Positions 32,909 to 42,462 of a DNA stretch of 59,334 bases are shown in pieces. The notes under the pieces are model-generated. The model did no database searches and was not told where the DNA came from. It saw only the letters and a program-made list of their open reading frames with translations. The stretch is from an uncultured virus (IMG/VR IMGVR_UViG_3300034082_004432) (Duplodnaviria; Heunggongvirae; Uroviricota; Caudoviricetes). Positions within the stretch are counted from its first letter, which is position 1; the number at the start of each line of letters is the position of its first letter. The stretch is taken from the IMG/VR virus record IMGVR_UViG_3300034082_004432, positions 62,001-121,334 of that record. One strand, written 5' to 3'. The position numbers were made by a program, and so were the translations under genes.

Positions 32909-33928
32909 TTAGACAACGTAGCACATAAAGTCAAAGTCAACAGTCAAGATACCAGTGCTTACAGAGAAGTTGGTAGCATTGATGATTGCTTTTGATAATC
33001 CAATACCAGGGATCAAGCTACCCCAAGTTGGAGCAACGTTAGCAAAGCCAGTTTGTTGTGCAATTTCAAGTGCAAATGTAACATCACCAGCACTTGCAAG
33101 AACAGCTCTACCAGCAGATTGAGTGGTAACACCAGCAGTTGTTTCAGATGCATATGTAGATCCAACAACAACAGCACCCTTGCCCTTACCGGAGATGGTC
33201 AAGCCATTGACACCGATATGTGGGAATTGAGTACCATACTTGTAAGAAATTCCGTTGCCAGAAAGAACGGATGGTAACATAGTACCGCCACCACCACTTA
33301 ATTGATAGCCAGCATTTGGATCACTGAAATCGTAAGGGTTGATGAAGTATGTTTTTTGAGTTTCAACGTTAACGTCAACACTTGCTTCTTGGATGAAATA
33401 TTTTCTTTCACCAATTTGAGCTCTAAAGTCGTAGAAACGAGCAACTCTTGTAGGACCAAACGCAGTAGTACCAGATCCACCAGTTCCAACAGGATTCAAT
33501 GTTGGGTGAGGCTGGTTGGAGTTTACAACGAAGAATGCAGAAGTTCCAAGTCCTGAATCGCCATCACTTTCAAGTGTAAGAGAAACAGATCCACCACCTT
33601 CATTGATGCTAAATGAAGCTGATTTGAGGATAGGTAAGGTTGCAGATGTAGGATCTAAGATCTCATTGATTTTTTGTGTTGCGATAGCTCTTCCGTCGGC
33701 AGCAGCACCACCACCAATCAAGATAGGAGCTTGGATTGAGATAGTCTCAGTAACTCCACCGATGTCCATAATTCTGGTTTTTGGACTTCCTTGCATCAAG
33801 ACCTTAGGTGAAGCATCAATAGTAATGTTTCTACTTGCGCTCTCTACAATGTATGATCTAGCAGTTCCACCAGCAACTGTGATAAACACTGATTTATAAA
33901 TACCAAGTATATCATTGTTAATAGGCAT
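32909..33928 (-). CDS. Putative major structural (tail-tube-like) protein
   Basis: Beta-rich, G/S/T-rich; visible bias to TAC/TTC/ATC/AAC codons suggesting high expression; own RBS and upstream promoter motif. Confidence 0.5.
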   Translation of the reverse strand: MPINNDILGIYKSVFITVAGGTARSYIVESASRNITIDASPKVLMQGSPKTRIMDIGGVTETISIQAPILIGGGAAADGRAIATQKINEILDPTSATLPILKSASFSINEGGGSVSLTLESDGDSGLGTSAFFVVNSNQPHPTLNPVGTGGSGTTAFGPTRVARFYDFRAQIGERKYFIQEASVDVNVETQKTYFINPYDFSDPNAGYQLSGGGGTMLPSVLSGNGISYKYGTQFPHIGVNGLTISGKGKGAVVVGSTYASETTAGVTTQSAGRAVLASAGDVTFALEIAQQTGFANVAPTWGSLIPGIGLSKAIINATNFSVSTGILTVDFDFMCYVV

Positions 33929-34017
33929 TTTATCAACTCACTTTCAAAAGATTTATTAACTTCTTTTGTTTTTTTAGGTTATTCAAAATATTCTTTTTTT
34001 CATTGATGCTTACCTTT

Positions 34018-34968
34018 TTAAACAAAAGTGAATAATCCATTGTCGTTCATAGAAGCATCAGGTTTATTAATTCCAGCCCATTCTGTCGTTCTCCTTATTA
34101 TTTGTGCTGTCAAAGGAGTTTGTCCAATCTTGAAAACTGGATTTGGATAAGTGGTGGTGACTGGTCCAAATCTCAAAACTAGATTTGAGTCATGCATTAA
34201 TCCACCATGAATGAATGTGTTTAAATCAGACCCATTTCTGATAACTTCAGTGAATGACCCTGACCATTTTGTTGATTGAACACCTATCAATTCAATCTGA
34301 TCATTCTGTTCAGTTACAGCTGATCCAGGGAAAGATAAATATGGCATTAAAAAGACTGGAGTGACTAATTCATTTTCAATTCTAACTTCAATACTGCTTG
34401 TAGTTCTCATAGAAGATTCTTTTCTACTAGCATTGCAGTCTGCCCATGAGAGCGTTTTGCCTAATATGTATTCAGTGCTAAAATTAAAAGTTGACTCTGT
34501 TTCAGTATCTACCATAGCAGTCAAATTTATATTGACCATAACATTATTATTTTCACTAGCAGTAAGAGTCAAGCTACTTATTACTACAGAATCTAATGAA
34601 AGGTTTTTATTATCATCAGTTCCAGGGTTGACCACAGTAGTGGTTTTGCTTGAAAGTAAATGATGAGTATCAATTCTCAAAGCTGACATGGGCTTTGCAG
34701 CATATTGCAATATTATTTTTGAAGCCTCTTCTAGGTTGCCATCTTGATCAACTCTTAATGGAAATGATATTGAACCTTCATATTTTTTAGCACCCAAGTT
34801 GTATATAGCATAAGCTGGACCACCTTGAATGTAGTTGTTTAAGTCATGATCTTGAACTTGATTGACATTGAAATTTTCAACAATCAAGTATTTACCATTG
34901 ACACAAATACCTTTCGTATTCAGTCCAGTAGAGAATTCAGCTCTTGTTAAGATACCAGGAAATGCCAT
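34018..34968 (-). CDS. Putative tail-tube-like protein
   Basis: Tube-like strand pattern (YNLGAKKYEGSISFPL, VISSLTLTAS, SIEVRIENELVTP); similar size to the neighbouring gene. Confidence 0.45.
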   Translation of the reverse strand: MAFPGILTRAEFSTGLNTKGICVNGKYLIVENFNVNQVQDHDLNNYIQGGPAYAIYNLGAKKYEGSISFPLRVDQDGNLEEASKIILQYAAKPMSALRIDTHHLLSSKTTTVVNPGTDDNKNLSLDSVVISSLTLTASENNNVMVNINLTAMVDTETESTFNFSTEYILGKTLSWADCNASRKESSMRTTSSIEVRIENELVTPVFLMPYLSFPGSAVTEQNDQIELIGVQSTKWSGSFTEVIRNGSDLNTFIHGGLMHDSNLVLRFGPVTTTYPNPVFKIGQTPLTAQIIRRTTEWAGINKPDASMNDNGLFTFV

Positions 34969-35286
34969 TTACCACTCATAATCCTTTACTTCAAAAAAAC
35001 TTTTGTAAGTAGTTTGTATTGTTCCTGAGGCTTTCCAAGAATATTTGTAAGTACCAATTCTAGATGGAGTCCATTGTTTATAATATATGCCCACTGTATC
35101 TGTAGCTTGAACAGGTTCAGAATTTCCACTTCCTGATCCAACATTATAATAATATGTATGCCCGATTCCACCTGGTTCAGTCATATAGAAAGTTAAACTA
35201 TCTGCTGAAACACCAGTACCACTTTCATCTTTCAAGTGAGCATAAATTTTAAGAGTTGTTCCTGATAAATATTCATTGTTAAGCAT
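34969..35286 (-). CDS. Small Ig-like phage structural protein
   Basis: GIYYKQWTPSRIGTYKYSWKASG pattern typical of small phage Ig-fold proteins. Confidence 0.55.
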   Translation of the reverse strand: MLNNEYLSGTTLKIYAHLKDESGTGVSADSLTFYMTEPGGIGHTYYYNVGSGSGNSEPVQATDTVGIYYKQWTPSRIGTYKYSWKASGTIQTTYKSFFEVKDYEW

Positions 35287-35299
35287 ATCTATATTCCAT

Positions 35300-36130
35300 T
35301 TAGTAATTATTTTTAGTAGAATTGTAATGTGCTACTATTTCACTTGTTGTAAGTATTCCACTTGAAATGAGAACTTGCGATACTTTTCCATTTAAGTATC
35401 TAGGATAAGCATATGTAGTAAAGTCACTTCTTCCTATTTCAGTGTGTAAAGTTGGTGTATATATTGCAGATGCAGGACCAGAATAACGTAAGATTCCATT
35501 AACATATAAATCATTAGAAGTATCACTATTAATATTCAGTGAAATATGATTCCAAGAATTAGATGATAATGCAATTCCAGAATTGTACCAACGTACATTT
35601 CCATATCTTATGTAAACATTGCCAGAAGTTACATATTCTTTATTGATAGCAACACCGTAGCCATTTAAGTTTTGCTCACTTCCTATGTAAACAATCATCT
35701 GACCTGATTGAGCAACTATAGAGGAATTGACCCATACAGTAATATTGACATCATTTGTGTTTCTAGTGACAGTGGAATTTATTCCAACGTAATTATTGGT
35801 TCCATCAAAGAATAAATAGTCAGCAGCTCCATTATCAAAATAAGAAACACCATTGTAAAGGTATCCATTGTTTCCATAATTACTGAGGTCATAAATAGTA
35901 AAACCAGTACCTGGATATGATGAAGAATTTGGTACAGAAAAGTACAATACAGTGTTTCCAGTACCACTTGTACCGCCCCCACCGCCTCCACCACCGCCTC
36001 CTCCAGTGCCTCCTGTGCCACCGCTTCCTCCACCAGTTCCACCAGTGCCAGAAGCAACAAACACATTTACATGGCTAGAATCAAAAAAGTATGCTCTATT
36101 TATCCAAGATTTTATAGTTGCGTTGTTCAT
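35300..36130 (-). CDS. LamG/concanavalin A-like lectin domain protein with poly-Gly linker
   Basis: SSYPGTG..IYDLSNYGNNG, FFDGTNNYV, ITVWVN, WNHISL, LYVNG, LNGKVSQV, LTTSEI..HYN. Confidence 0.8.
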   Translation of the reverse strand: MNNATIKSWINRAYFFDSSHVNVFVASGTGGTGGGSGGTGGTGGGGGGGGGGGTSGTGNTVLYFSVPNSSSYPGTGFTIYDLSNYGNNGYLYNGVSYFDNGAADYLFFDGTNNYVGINSTVTRNTNDVNITVWVNSSIVAQSGQMIVYIGSEQNLNGYGVAINKEYVTSGNVYIRYGNVRWYNSGIALSSNSWNHISLNINSDTSNDLYVNGILRYSGPASAIYTPTLHTEIGRSDFTTYAYPRYLNGKVSQVLISSGILTTSEIVAHYNSTKNNY

Positions 36131-36180
36131 TATTGGGTCTCAATTGTTAAAATTCCCATTTTTCACATACTTTTACCTAT

Positions 36181-36208
36181 AAAAAAAGCTCTAGAAAATC
36201 TAGAGCTT
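36181..36208 (-). terminator. Intrinsic terminator ending the gyrB-gyrA-36586 transcript
   Basis: AAGCTCTAGA-aaa-TCTAGAGCTT hairpin followed by a T-run on the minus strand; overlaps the stop codon at 36200. Confidence 0.75.
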
Positions 36209-36586
36209 GAAAATTCTGTTATCTGTATTACTCCATTGCAGAGTAATGTTTCCACCATTGGGAGTCACAGGTAAGTTTGAAGATGTGTCAAAATATGCTA
36301 TAAGTTTTTTACTAATATCGTGATACACAATATATTGCGTAATTGTAGTTCCAGCAACTCCAGAAATAGTTAAGTCATTTGCATCTGCTACGCCTTTACC
36401 AGGAGTTATGGTTGTCATAACTCCTGATATTGCGACAGTTCCGCCAACGTTTGCTGTAGTAGTATGATTGAGTAAATCTACTGTATATTGACTAGAAAGC
36501 AAAATTACTTTAAAAGAATCTGCTGACCAATTAAATTCACCATTCAAAAAACCATCTCTACCACTATCAAACAATGCGTTAGCCAT
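36200..36586 (-). CDS. Conserved phage virion protein
   Basis: MANALFDSGR..NW..DSFKVIL, GVADANDLT, LIAYFD..LPVTPNGGNITLQW..RIFKL, a recurrent phage structural family. Confidence 0.7.
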   Translation of the reverse strand: MANALFDSGRDGFLNGEFNWSADSFKVILLSSQYTVDLLNHTTTANVGGTVAISGVMTTITPGKGVADANDLTISGVAGTTITQYIVYHDISKKLIAYFDTSSNLPVTPNGGNITLQWSNTDNRIFKL

Positions 36587-36596
36587 AATTTACACC

Positions 36597-39116
36597 TTAT
36601 TCTGTAAATTCTTCTTCAAACTCAGATTCGCCTACATTAGGAACAACCACTGCAGTTTGTACTGAATCATTATCGTCTAAAGCAACAATAGTAGTAGCTT
36701 GTGTAGCCTTGGATTTATTGCGCAAACTGTCCAAATTGCAACGCATCATCTTACCCCTGTTTGTCAGTACCAAGATGTCATCATTGTCATTAATAGCAAG
36801 AGCTGAAACAATTTTGCCTGTCTGCTCACGCTTTGTCTGATTGATGGTTCTTTGGCCCTTTACAGATCTACCTGCAGTTGAGCGATATTCTGAAGCAGAA
36901 GTCTTTTTACCCTTGCCAAGTTCAGTAATTACCAAGACAGAAGGATCAGACTCTGCATCAATTGCAAGCATAGCAGCAATACTATCTTCAGGCCTTAGAA
37001 GCATTGAACGGCTACCTTGACCATTCTTACCAATACAGCGAACTAAAGTTTCATTATAACGAACAGCCATGCCCAATGAAGTAACAAGCATTACATCCTT
37101 GTTTCCATCAGTATTCATCACAAAGTTCAAGTTGTCGCCTTCAGTTAGACTGATGGCCTTCAACCCACGCTTTCGTAAACTAGTATTGTATTCACGAATT
37201 TCAGAACGCTTAATCAATCCTTTGTGTGTGACCATAATGAAATAGCCATCAATATCTAAAGACTTTAAAGTAATAGTTGACGAGACTGTTTCACCTTCAG
37301 TCAAATTCAAAAGATTATTAAGGTGAGTACCCTTGGATGTACGTGAAGCAAGGGGAATTTCATAACCCTTCTTCTTCAGTAAATTACCTTGATTTGTAAA
37401 GAACAAGAATAAGTCATGAGTTGTACCGCTGAAGATATCAGAAGCTTCATCTTCTTCACGACCCTTTACTCCAATTACACCCTTGCCACCACGGTTTTGT
37501 GTTCTGAAAGTATCAAGTGGAACACGCTTGATATATCCATCTTTAGTAAGAGAAACGATAATTTCTTCTTCTTTGATTAAATCTTCATAAGAAATTTCAT
37601 CTTCAAGGGCAAGAATTTCAGAGCGTCGATCATCTCCAAACTTTTCAGCAAGTTCAAGCTGTTCTTTGGAAATAAGACCAAGCATTTTCTTTTCTGATGC
37701 CAATTGAGCAGCCAACCATTCATTTCGCTTGGTCAACTTATCAAACTCATCTTGTAATGCACGAGTATCAAGCTTAGTCAGGTTTCCAAGAGTAATTCGG
37801 AGAACTGCATCAGCTTGTTCTTGTGATGTCACAAACTCTTGAGCAATAAGTTCTTTTGCTGCTTCTTCTTTATTATCAGCATTGCGAACAAGCTTAATTA
37901 CAGCATCAATCTTGTCAGTAATTCCAAGAAGACCCTCAAGAATATGGATACGTGCACTGTTCTTAGCGTGTTCAGCAGTAAATTTATTTGTGAGAACTTC
38001 TTTACGATGATCTACAAAAGCCTTTACAAGCTGGAGAATGGAAACATTCTCAACAACTTTCTTGCCGTCCAAAAGAACAGTGGAATTGACAGAAAAGCTT
38101 GTTCGAAGAGATGTCCGTTTAAGAAGTTGATTCAGAACAACTTGAGAACTTGCAGTCTTATGAAGCCAGATGCGAACATCCATACCCTTCTTACTTGTAA
38201 GATTCTTGAGACCAGTAATTCCCTCAATTTTCTTACTTTCAACAAGGTCTTTGATTTCACGACAAAAGCTTTCAGCACTACTACCATAAGGCAATTCACT
38301 TACCTTGATAATTTCCTGATTACGCTCTTGAACAATGTCGTAATAACCTTCAAGCTGAACAGTTCCACGTCCATTTGTAAAGTATGAACGAATACCATCC
38401 AACCCTAAAACCTTGCAGCGAATGGGGAAGTCTGGACCTGGAACAATCTGAAGCGCTTCGTCAGTTGTGATATCTGGATTCTTGATATAGGCATCAATCA
38501 ACTTAGCAACTTCACGTAAATTGTGAGGTGCCATATTTGTAGCCCAACCAACTGCAATTCCACTACATCCATTAACAATCAAGTTAGGGAAGAGTGATGG
38601 AAGAACAGTTGGCTCCATCATTTCATCATTGTAGTTAGATTGGTAACGAACTACCTGATCAGACAATTCATTGACCATCAAATCACCAAATGAAGAAAGC
38701 TTTGCTTCTGTGTAACGCATAGCAGCTGGCTTATCTTCAGGAGCAGGGGAACCAAAGTTCCCCTGTGGAGTGATCAATGGATAACGCAATGACCAAGTTT
38801 GTGCCATACGAACAAGAGTTGGATAAACTACTGCTTCTCCGTGTGGGTGGTAATTACCAGATACATCCCCACAAATCTTTGCACACTTCTTAGTCTTACC
38901 AGATGCTCGGAGTTTAAGGTCATCCATTGCAACCAGGGTACGACGTTGTGAAGGTTTCATACCATCACGAGCATCTGGCAGTGCACGATCTTCCATAACT
39001 GCAAAAGCATAGTTAGTGAAGCGCTCATCGATAAGATCGACAAAGTTCTTTTCAAGAATGGTGTCAACTAAGTCTGATGCTTCAACAACATTCTTAACTC
39101 TAAGATTCCTAGCCAT
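36597..39116 (-). CDS. gyrA: DNA gyrase subunit A
   Basis: RALPDARDGMKP, YHPHG, AAMRYTE (catalytic Tyr), GyrA-box QNRGGKG, C-terminal pinwheel repeats. Confidence 0.96.
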   Translation of the reverse strand: MARNLRVKNVVEASDLVDTILEKNFVDLIDERFTNYAFAVMEDRALPDARDGMKPSQRRTLVAMDDLKLRASGKTKKCAKICGDVSGNYHPHGEAVVYPTLVRMAQTWSLRYPLITPQGNFGSPAPEDKPAAMRYTEAKLSSFGDLMVNELSDQVVRYQSNYNDEMMEPTVLPSLFPNLIVNGCSGIAVGWATNMAPHNLREVAKLIDAYIKNPDITTDEALQIVPGPDFPIRCKVLGLDGIRSYFTNGRGTVQLEGYYDIVQERNQEIIKVSELPYGSSAESFCREIKDLVESKKIEGITGLKNLTSKKGMDVRIWLHKTASSQVVLNQLLKRTSLRTSFSVNSTVLLDGKKVVENVSILQLVKAFVDHRKEVLTNKFTAEHAKNSARIHILEGLLGITDKIDAVIKLVRNADNKEEAAKELIAQEFVTSQEQADAVLRITLGNLTKLDTRALQDEFDKLTKRNEWLAAQLASEKKMLGLISKEQLELAEKFGDDRRSEILALEDEISYEDLIKEEEIIVSLTKDGYIKRVPLDTFRTQNRGGKGVIGVKGREEDEASDIFSGTTHDLFLFFTNQGNLLKKKGYEIPLASRTSKGTHLNNLLNLTEGETVSSTITLKSLDIDGYFIMVTHKGLIKRSEIREYNTSLRKRGLKAISLTEGDNLNFVMNTDGNKDVMLVTSLGMAVRYNETLVRCIGKNGQGSRSMLLRPEDSIAAMLAIDAESDPSVLVITELGKGKKTSASEYRSTAGRSVKGQRTINQTKREQTGKIVSALAINDNDDILVLTNRGKMMRCNLDSLRNKSKATQATTIVALDDNDSVQTAVVVPNVGESEFEEEFTE

Positions 39117-41242
39117 TAGTTTTCAATTTCCTTACTACGTTCAAAAGACTTCTTGATAATATGAGCCTTACGTGGACCAACTTCACTTCCCATCAAAACA
39201 GAAAGCATATTGGAAGCTTCTTCAGCATCTTCAACACCAATTTTGATAATTTGACGTGTGCCAATTTCCATAGTTGTGTGTCCAAGCTCATCTGCATCCA
39301 TTTCGCCCAATCCCTTGAATCGTGTAACATCAATTTTATCACCATACTTGGCACGATATGAATTGAGTTCTTCTTCTGTATGGATATAATTGTGATTATT
39401 TTTTACAGTTACACGATATAGAGGTGGCTTTGCAAGATACAAATGACCCTTCAAAACAAGAGGACGCATAAATCGATAGAAGAATGTCATAAGAAGAGCT
39501 GCAATATGAGCACCATCATCATCAGCGTCAGTCATAATGATAATCTTGCCATAACGTAAATCTTCAATCTTGAATTCATCACGAATTCCAGTTCCAATTG
39601 CTGAAATTAAAGCAGAAACTTCTTCATTAGCAAGAAGTTTAGCAAGTTCATTCTTCTCTGGGTTGATGATTTTTCCACGAATAGGAAGAATTGCTTGAGT
39701 GATTGGATTTCGGCCACCCTTTGAAGATCCAGCAGCAGAATCACCTTCGACTAAGAATAACTCAGAAATAGCTACATCTTCAGTATCACAGTCAGACAAT
39801 TTGCCTGGGAGTGAACCTGATTTACCTAAAAATCCTTGGCGCTTGATAGATTCAGATGCTTTCTTTGCAGCAGCTCTTGCACGAGCAGCACGTAAAGCAC
39901 GTTCAGCAATCATCTTGAGAATAGATGGGTTCTTCTCAAAGTATTCTGTAAGAGCTTCAGAGAAAAGCCTATTTACAACGCCTTCAACTTCAGGAGAGCC
40001 AAGTTTGCCCTTAGTTTGTCCTTCAAATTGTGGCTGTGGTAAGCGAACAGAGATAATAGCGACAATACCCTCACGAATATCTTCGCCAGTCAAATTAGGC
40101 TCTTTTTCCTTGATAACACCCAATGAACGAGAGAATTGATTGACTACTCTTGTGATAGATGTTTTGAAGCCACTAAGATGAGTACCACCATCAGCGGTAT
40201 TAATGTTATTTGCATAGGCATAGGTTGTTTCATCATCATCCTCTGCATATTGGAATGCAACTTGAACATTTACTTTTCCAGACTTATTTTCAAAATAAAA
40301 TGGTTTTGATGGATATGGATTTGAACGAGTAGATGCAAGATAACTTACGTAATCAGCAATTCCACCTTCAAAATAAAATTCTTCTTTGGTTCCTGTGTGC
40401 TCGTTTTTATAAACAATCTTCAAGCCACCATTAAGATATGCAGTTTCTTTTAAACGACGAACTATAACAGTTTCATCAAAATGGATATTGTCATTAGAAC
40501 GCTTATTCCAAATTTTATAAATTACATATAAAAGCTGTTCATCAATATTAGTTGACTTAAATATATCGTAAAAAGTAATACCGTTTACTTCTCCGTTAAT
40601 TAAGGCTTTACGCCATTTTCCAGAGCATTCAGCAAACACTTCATCAATTTCAAAATCGTCTACAAGAACTTCACGAAAAGCATCTTCAACTGCAAATTGA
40701 CCAAAAATATTATAGTCAGGAGTAAAAGAAATTTTAGTTCCAGTAGAATTTGATGTGCCAATTTCCTTGACAGAAGAAACTGGAATACCACGCTCAAAAG
40801 ATAATTGATATTTCTTCTTATCACGAGAAACTTCAACATCAAGATTCAATGAAAGAAAGTTTACACAAGAAGCACCAACACCGTGCAAACCACCAGATGC
40901 TTCGTAGCCAGAACCATCATCACCAAATTTTCCACCAGCATGAAGTTCAGTTAATACAATTTCAAGAGTACTACGCTTTTTAGGGTCTTCTTGCTTAACA
41001 GCCGTTGGAATTCCACGTCCATTATCAATTACTGTCAGAGTGCGATTGTCTTTAGAAACAATGACATCAATTTTGGAACAATGGCCAGCCATATGCTCAT
41101 CAACAGAGTTGTCCAAAATTTCCCAAACAAGGTGATGAAGTCCCCTTTTACCAGTATCACCAATATACATTGCAGGACGTGTACGTACTGCTTCTTGGCT
41201 CTCCAAAATCTGAATGGAGTTTTCGTTGTATTGATTTGCCAT
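39116..41242 (-). CDS. gyrB: DNA gyrase subunit B with a ~68-aa insertion
   Basis: RPAMYIG, EILDNSVDE, DNGRGIP, LHAGGKF, EGDSA, PIRGK, IMTDADDDG, RFKGLGEM. Start at ATG 41242 behind a GAAGGA RBS. Confidence 0.96.
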   Translation of the reverse strand: MANQYNENSIQILESQEAVRTRPAMYIGDTGKRGLHHLVWEILDNSVDEHMAGHCSKIDVIVSKDNRTLTVIDNGRGIPTAVKQEDPKKRSTLEIVLTELHAGGKFGDDGSGYEASGGLHGVGASCVNFLSLNLDVEVSRDKKKYQLSFERGIPVSSVKEIGTSNSTGTKISFTPDYNIFGQFAVEDAFREVLVDDFEIDEVFAECSGKWRKALINGEVNGITFYDIFKSTNIDEQLLYVIYKIWNKRSNDNIHFDETVIVRRLKETAYLNGGLKIVYKNEHTGTKEEFYFEGGIADYVSYLASTRSNPYPSKPFYFENKSGKVNVQVAFQYAEDDDETTYAYANNINTADGGTHLSGFKTSITRVVNQFSRSLGVIKEKEPNLTGEDIREGIVAIISVRLPQPQFEGQTKGKLGSPEVEGVVNRLFSEALTEYFEKNPSILKMIAERALRAARARAAAKKASESIKRQGFLGKSGSLPGKLSDCDTEDVAISELFLVEGDSAAGSSKGGRNPITQAILPIRGKIINPEKNELAKLLANEEVSALISAIGTGIRDEFKIEDLRYGKIIIMTDADDDGAHIAALLMTFFYRFMRPLVLKGHLYLAKPPLYRVTVKNNHNYIHTEEELNSYRAKYGDKIDVTRFKGLGEMDADELGHTTMEIGTRQIIKIGVEDAEEASNMLSVLMGSEVGPRKAHIIKKSFERSKEIEN

Positions 41243-41276
41243 TTGCTTTCCTTCGCTTAATTCCAAATACAGGCAT

Positions 41277-41316
41277 AAAAAAATGCTGTGATTTAGATTA
41301 TCACAGCATTATACCA
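41277..41316 (-). promoter_or_regulatory. Overlapping intrinsic terminator and extended -10 promoter for gyrB
   Basis: 11-bp stem AATGCTGTGAT/ATCACAGCATT (41282-41310) plus T-run on the minus strand; TGGTATAAT at 41308-41316 overlaps the stem. Confidence 0.7.
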
Positions 41317-41340
41317 AAAACAAGCGAATTTTGCTATTTT

Positions 41341-41919
41341 CTACAAGATACGATCCGCTACACTATACATACCCAATAAATCAAAATTATGGGCTAATTT
41401 TACCATATTTTCTAGTTTTCTTGATGCCATTCCAGGCATCCCACCACCAGCTGCTCCAGCACCTTGCTCTTTTCCTTTATTTTTGGCAAAACCAAAAGAT
41501 AAAAATTTCACGGCATTGGCAAAATCATCAAGAGTAATTTCAAGATCTAATAAGTTTTGACCCTCAGGCAATCTTTCCCACCTAGTTTTATCAGTTCTCT
41601 TAATTTCTTCTTCGGTAGCTTCTTCGGTTTCTTTTCTCTTGCCTCTTTTTTCTTTATCAACACCACCGTCTTCGACTCCACCATATTGAATCCAAATATC
41701 GTTGGCAATTCCTTGTTCGTTATCTTCAAGTTGCTCTAATAATTTCTTTTCTATTTCAGCATCTGCCAATATTAGGCCTAAGTTTGCCAAAGGTACTAAT
41801 ATTTGTTTCTGACCTGAAGGAGGAGCAGTTGGTGCAACAGGCATAGCCATAGGAGCTGCTGGCATAGCCATACCAGCTAATGGATCCATGGGCATTTGAG
41901 AAATTTTAATATATTTCAT
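41341..41919 (-). CDS. Hypothetical protein with N-terminal IKISQ tag and C-terminal shared helix motif
   Basis: MKYIKISQ, Met/Pro/Ala-rich linkers, ends KLAHNFDLLGMYSVADRIL. Confidence 0.8.
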   Translation of the reverse strand: MKYIKISQMPMDPLAGMAMPAAPMAMPVAPTAPPSGQKQILVPLANLGLILADAEIEKKLLEQLEDNEQGIANDIWIQYGGVEDGGVDKEKRGKRKETEEATEEEIKRTDKTRWERLPEGQNLLDLEITLDDFANAVKFLSFGFAKNKGKEQGAGAAGGGMPGMASRKLENMVKLAHNFDLLGMYSVADRIL

Positions 41920-41922
41920 TTT

Positions 41923-42399
41923 TTATCTTATTGGGGCTGAAATAAAATCAGAGCGATGTCTGCCTCTACCAGGAGTGTCAAATGCTTCTGTAGTTTGTTG
42001 AGCATTCTCTAATTTTGTTTCTGATTCTGGTTCATCATCTTCTTCAAATGAAAATGTATCTTCAATAACATCTGGATTTAAGATATCCATTTGTCCCCAG
42101 TTTGGTTTTGTAGTGTTTGCAACTCTTCTTATAAGTTGGGAAGCTGAAAGACCCCTTCCATCAAATATATCTTCTTCATCATTGTCCCAAGATGATAAAG
42201 TGGACATAGCAACAAGAATTGCGTCTGTCATTTGTGCTTCTATAACTCTATTGTTTGTTTTTGCAAAACGTCTAGAATTGAATTTTTTAGAAATTGTAGC
42301 TGATGCCAATGCTATAATTTTAGCTTGTTCTTCATGTGAATGAACGTCAGGAGCAATATCTTCTAAAAGTGTATGTATCTGGGACTCTAAATTTTGCAT
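41923..42399 (-). CDS. Hypothetical acidic protein
   Basis: 158-aa ORF with GAGAG RBS; contains RRFAK..VIEAQ. Confidence 0.75.
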   Translation of the reverse strand: MQNLESQIHTLLEDIAPDVHSHEEQAKIIALASATISKKFNSRRFAKTNNRVIEAQMTDAILVAMSTLSSWDNDEEDIFDGRGLSASQLIRRVANTTKPNWGQMDILNPDVIEDTFSFEEDDEPESETKLENAQQTTEAFDTPGRGRHRSDFISAPIR

Positions 42400-42462
42400 A
42401 TTTTATCTCTCTTGATAAATTCTTATTACTATATTTTTAAATTGTAGCGGGTTATACCTTTA

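Noticed and set aside
35955..36050. GC-rich tandem-like repeat
   Set aside because: Simply encodes a poly-Gly/Thr linker in the LamG protein; not a CRISPR array or mobile element.
40487..40693. Intein in GyrB (and in the helicase insert at 28552-28890)
   Set aside because: No N-terminal Cys/Ser block or C-terminal His-Asn followed by Cys/Ser/Thr; the GyrB insert is also too short.
41287..41305. CRP/FNR-like site TGTGA...TCACA
   Set aside because: The spacer is 9 nt, not 6; better explained as part of the terminator hairpin.
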